From Octopus sinensis (taxonomy: Eukaryota): a stretch of DNA of 21,324 bases. Shown piece by piece: positions 21,204 to 21,324 of the stretch (its first letter is position 1; the number at the start of each line of letters is the position of its first letter). Made by a program: the position numbers and the translations under genes. Under the pieces are notes generated by a model. It saw only the letters and a program-made list of their open reading frames with translations. It had not been told where the DNA came from and searched no databases. The stretch spans positions 1-21,324 of the forward strand of contig NW_021823614.1 in NCBI RefSeq assembly GCF_006345805.1. Direction: 5' to 3'.

Positions 21204-21324
21204 CTCCAAACAAGCAACAAAGCTATCGTTACTTATTTGATTGTAATCACCCCATTTAAATTATATGGAATACCATACTAAATTCTGTTGCTTTTAACTT
21301 AAGTACCATATTCAACTGAATTCT

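Overview
AT-rich, microsatellite-dense eukaryotic genomic DNA. The repeat families and the density of simple repeats suggest a coleoid cephalopod (Octopus-like); this is an inference from remembered repeat motifs, not a database result. Nearly every ORF in the supplied track is a translated microsatellite or the antisense strand of a decayed retroelement. The supported content is: four decayed LINE fragments (an R4/Dong-type element with RT, CCHC and RLE domains; two different RTE 3' ends meeting tail-to-tail; a CR1-type RT fragment); at least three tRNA-derived SINE families in several copies, including a 4-unit tandem array of headless SINE monomers and an internally deleted SINE with an 11-bp TSD; and a highly structured ~540-bp GC-rich element, probably a non-autonomous RTE derivative, inserted in a (TATG)n tract. 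Several short + strand exon candidates with strong splice signals (best: 5316-5373 and 13496-13555) suggest the window may lie within a large-intron gene that I cannot identify. I found no intact protein-coding gene, no functional RNA gene, no CRISPR array and no clearly novel biological system.
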